A stretch of 64,000 nt of DNA from Hormiphora californensis (lineage: Eukaryota > Animalia > Ctenophora), in assembly GCA_020137815.1 (NCBI GenBank), contig CM035359.1, forward strand, positions 2,046,001 to 2,110,000. Reading direction: 5' to 3'. Positions 61,001 through 64,000 of the stretch are shown one piece after another. Under the pieces are notes generated by a model that worked only from the letters and a program-made list of their open reading frames with translations, searched no databases and was not told where the DNA came from. Every line of letters starts with the position of its first letter. Position 1 is the first letter of the stretch. Position numbers and translations under genes: made by a program.

Positions 61001-64000
61001 GCACCGCACCGGCAGGGTGGTGTAGTGGCTAGTACACTCAACTCTCACGCACTAGGTCCCGGGTTCGATCCTGGTCTAGCGCATGTCGTCTAGTCCACCA
61101 AGCTATGATTGGTAGGGGCTCTCTTGAGAGACCCGAAAGTGACACGAGTGCATACACTAGAACACAATCTAATTGTTGTTGCAGTGGGGTGGCGCCCGGC
61201 TATGCTGCAGAGCTAGAGAAATCTGTACCGAAAGGACCGTGGCTGAAACGCCATAGAAAGGGATATCAGCACCCCGACATTGGATTTATCCTAGTCGCCT
61301 TGCTTTGCTTTTTTGCTTTTGCAGAGTCATCGATCACCCAATTAATAAATAAAACAACATCTTTTCTGAGTGTGATCGAGTGATATGTGTTTTAAACTTT
61401 ATTGTAATATTTTCAACCTGATCCCCATTATCCCCCAGGGATGTGGGTGTGATTATAGCAAGCCTTACTGGGACGAGGAAACTCAGATGTGCCTTAGTGA
61501 AGAAACGTGCAACAAGGTAAAATGTGTATTATAGGCTCGCTTTCGATAGACCAATATATCTGTTTGGCCACATTGATACCTGAGTGAGATCGACGGAGCG
61601 AGAATAGGTTGCAATGGATCCAATACATCTGTGAGACTCTGTGGATTTTGGATATAGTGTTTCATGTCAAGCTCATTTTGTCATGTTTAGAAGCCATGTC
61701 TTAGCTTGTTATGTTCTAACCCTCCCTTTACATTTGGCGCCCGAAACACAAATCACTCATCAACAAATCTTAACTTGTCGTATTATTCCCAGAACATAAC
61801 GCGGTATTCCAATTGTTACAGAAGCTGGGAGTTGAAGAAGATATAGAGTGCGGTGTTGGGGAAGAGCTGGTTGAGTGTGTTGGACAACGATGTGAAGTTA
61901 CATGTGACGTTATATCTGGTGCGAGCGAGCTGATATGCGCTGTAAGTTGACAATATTCAGTGGTCATCTGCAGTATAGCGCATCTTCAATCTTCAATCTT
62001 CAAAGTAGATTTCTCTTTCTCTGGCAGCTGTACAAAGAGTGCAATAAGGGGTCTCTCTCTATAGTTAAAGTAACAAACTCTCCTGTTTCAGCTGTCAGTA
62101 CACAGAGTGCAATAAGGGGTCTCTCTCTCTTTAGTTAAAGTAACAAACTCTCCTGTTTCAGCTGTACACAGAGTGCAATAAGGGGTTTCTCTCTCTCTCT
62201 AGTAAAAGTAACAAACTCTCTTGTTTCAGCTGTACACAGAGTGCAATAGAGGGTGTCAATGTGCCTCTGGATTCTTCCGAAATAGCGAGGGAGTTTGTGT
62301 GGGATCTGACCAATGCCCTGGATTTACTGAGAACCTCCCCGAGGTCAGTTAATTAGCTAACTAAATAATTAACTAAGCTAATACAGTCGGGGAAAAGGAT
62401 TTGCCCGATAAATCGGGGAGGGTACCTGGTATATCGGGGTCTGTTCGCAAGTTGATATGTAATTGATACACCCTCAATAGAACTGTGGTGAAAGATTGAG
62501 GATCGAATGTACCAATCGCCTACCGGATACCCTCTGTTCCCCCTCAAGTTGTAGGTAAACTGGGTCTGCAAGTGTGTAAGCAAGATGGGCGAAGTAGTGG
62601 GAGAGGAGGTCATGTTCGAAATGTGGAGTGGAGATTGTAGTAAGTTTAACTTAATATATGGTCATTGTTTTGTTAAACCTCATTTTTAGACGGTCTAGCT
62701 AGGCGAATCTGGACATTGTTGATTGTAACTCCCCCTCCCGCATTGAACGTGGTTACGAAGTTACCCCTATTATCGCATAACGTGATCTCCTGATAGCAAT
62801 GTAACCCCCTCCTAACAGATGAGGATGGTATCTATGAGCCACAACCTTGCTCCAACCCTGACATGGTTAATGTTAATTGTGTAAAGCCCGATAAGTACTG
62901 TGGTCACATGGACGCCATGGAGACGGATGAGGTAATCAATTAGGGGGGGGGGTAATTAATTAGGGGGGGTGAGGGAGTGTGAGGGAGTGTGAGGGAGTGT
63001 GAGGGAGTGTGAGGGAGTGTGAGGGAGTGTGAGGGAGTGTGAGGGAGTGTGAGGGAGTGTGAGGGAAGGAGTCTTGAGAGTAGAAAGTGTGGGGTTGAGA
63101 CGTGAGGGGTCGAGAACACAGGGAATTATAGGACTCCATGACCATTGTTGTCTACCCCTTCCCAGAAGCCATGTCTCGCGGGATGTAACTGCCCAGAATC
63201 AGCACCCTACGTGACCGAAGATGGTCGATGTGTGGTTGAGGAGGCGTGCCCGGACATGCCCATGTGGGAGGAAATATTGGGCGATTTCCTCAGACAAGCA
63301 AACGTTTCAAGATGGAATGAGATGAGAGAGGAACAGGGTGAGTAATGTTACCCAGAATCCAACAGGTGTTTGGACCACGCGACCCCTAATAACCCCACTA
63401 ACAAACCACCCTAACATTTAACAACCCTCCCTAACAACCTCTCTAACAACCCCACTAACAAACCACCCTAACAACCGAATATTACCCAGAATCCGAGGTA
63501 TTAGGAGGAGAACAAGTAGTGGACCCGACCTGTGTGGACGGGAACAGGAATTGTGTCAGTTGGTCCTCACGATCGGGGGATCTGTGTACAACCCACGCAT
63601 ACATGAAGAAAAACTGCCGGAAGTCTTGTGGGACGTGCCCCATGGTATCGGTGCAGGAAGTGGAGGTCGTTGTTACACGTGGGTTATGTTATATTTTATG
63701 AAGGAGCAGTTCAGCAGTTACAATCTTTCGTTTAGTTATAGTTGACCCTGTTTGGCAGATTGTTTGTCTTTATACCCTTATCACGAACTAAATTTTAACC
63801 TTTCCAGGAGAGAACAAAACATGCGAGGAGATTGATAACGATATCCTATCGTACTATGAGTCTTTGGATGCTACACCCGTATTTGGTAATTATGGACATA
63901 ACGACAATAATATGGTTGCCATAGCAACGGTCTATAGTAACGAATGTAATCCCCCATTATCAGGTGGTATGAGTGTGATCTGCCTGAACTCCAATCCCAA
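47171..64000 (+). CDS. Large secreted multidomain protease-inhibitor-like protein: signal peptide - TIMP/NTR - TIL - TIL - Thr/Pro mucin - thyroglobulin-1 - TIL - ShKT - thyroglobulin-1 - TIL - TIL (3' incomplete)
   Basis: Exon 1 MLLRILLSLGLILSLGLIHTVSS-CSCPPVSVHQQLCSADI (TIMP N-terminus), then LCGITLSVGTKYLL and INGCD; TIL CPGNQ|IFYEGCLPCIQTC..|ACGC; thyroglobulin-1 CTEDGYYKTKQ|CNGKTGFCKCV and QCVGSVCFCVD; ShKT CVDGNRNCVSW..YMRKNCRKSCGTC; about 20 GT-AG exons. Confidence 0.85.
51022..51345 (+). pseudogene. Truncated duplicate of the cathepsin L gene (prodomain only)
   Basis: Near-identical to the start of the 53851 copy, then degrades after ~51295. Confidence 0.75.
51727..53289. mobile_element. 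Tc1/mariner-like fold-back element with ~750-bp TIRs
   Basis: CAGGGTGTCCCATATA...TATATGGGACACCCTG termini; TA TSD supported by the empty site GGTATATA|GGGGTAAT in the duplicate at ~50461. Confidence 0.9.
53800..53807 (+). promoter_or_regulatory. Candidate TATA box of the nested cathepsin (also at ~50970)
   Basis: TATAAAA about 50 bp upstream of the ATG in both copies. Confidence 0.45.
53851..55120 (+). CDS. Intronless papain-family cathepsin L-like protease; C-terminal ShKT and Cys-rich tail lie out of frame after ~54850
   Basis: Signal peptide; I29 prodomain (EEGMRFRIFKLN, LNMFSTMT); catalytic QGSCGSCW, NHAV, KNSWG; stop at 54858; +1 frame continues DTATSYDP..CENSVKDSTC..CMKYCGTC..CASGTVRCDDGVCRHEHMC*. 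Confidence 0.9.
57362..58152 (+). repeat. Tandem array (~21 x 36 bp) of branch point, acceptor and exon start
   Basis: Unit CAATACTAATTACWTAYTTCCCAG|CGCCCCCTACTG; the last copy opens the thyroglobulin-1 exon at 58140. Confidence 0.95.
58835..59080. repeat. (GTGAGGGAGT)n decamer array (also 62970-63066), followed by a partial exon duplicate at 59089-59186
   Basis: Direct inspection of tandem copies. Confidence 0.9.
61011..61320 (+). mobile_element. tRNA-derived SINE-like element
   Basis: Pol III A box GGTGTAGTGG and B box GGTTCGATCC at tRNA spacing; ~230-bp body; (GCTTT)n-like tail; no closed acceptor stem. Confidence 0.65.
62540..64000 (+). repeat. Direct segmental duplicate of ~58390-60125 (exon block of the inhibitor gene)
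   Basis: Same exons and introns recur at high identity; the first duplicated exon carries indels. Confidence 0.9.

Noticed and set aside
61011-61085. Functional tRNA gene
   Set aside because: A and B boxes are present, but the acceptor and anticodon stems do not close; better explained as a SINE head.

Overview
Eukaryotic (metazoan) genomic DNA, rich in introns and transposons. It is probably a cydippid ctenophore (Pleurobrachia/Hormiphora type); this is an inference from gene content and from my recollection of the CAGGAACCGACCGAATCAGG repeat. Genes I could reconstruct by eye: (1) a partial sulfotransferase-like ORF; (2) an LDLa-repeat GPCR (-); (3) a ~20-kb mosaic MMP-like gene (+) with kringle, F5/8-like, sushi, MMP prodomain and hemopexin modules, which carries an uninterrupted Crypton-type tyrosine recombinase ORF in an intron; (4) a multi-exon rhodopsin-like GPCR (-) that the ORF track does not show as one gene; (5) a large secreted multi-inhibitor gene (+) with TIMP, TIL, mucin, thyroglobulin-1 and ShKT modules, which runs off the window and hosts a same-strand intronless cathepsin L in an intron. 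Many non-autonomous DNA transposons with visible TSDs are present (Merlin-, hAT-, Harbinger-, Tc1/mariner- and CACTA-like), plus a tRNA-derived SINE. The most striking patterns are: at least nine tandem arrays whose repeat unit is a splice site plus flanking sequence, two of them largely in-frame; a cloverleaf-plus-inverted-repeat end architecture shared by the recombinase element and an unrelated-looking non-coding element; and unusual protease and inhibitor domain mosaics. The region ~25.1-28.2 kb looks like low-quality assembly. All exon and domain calls are by eye, with no database search.
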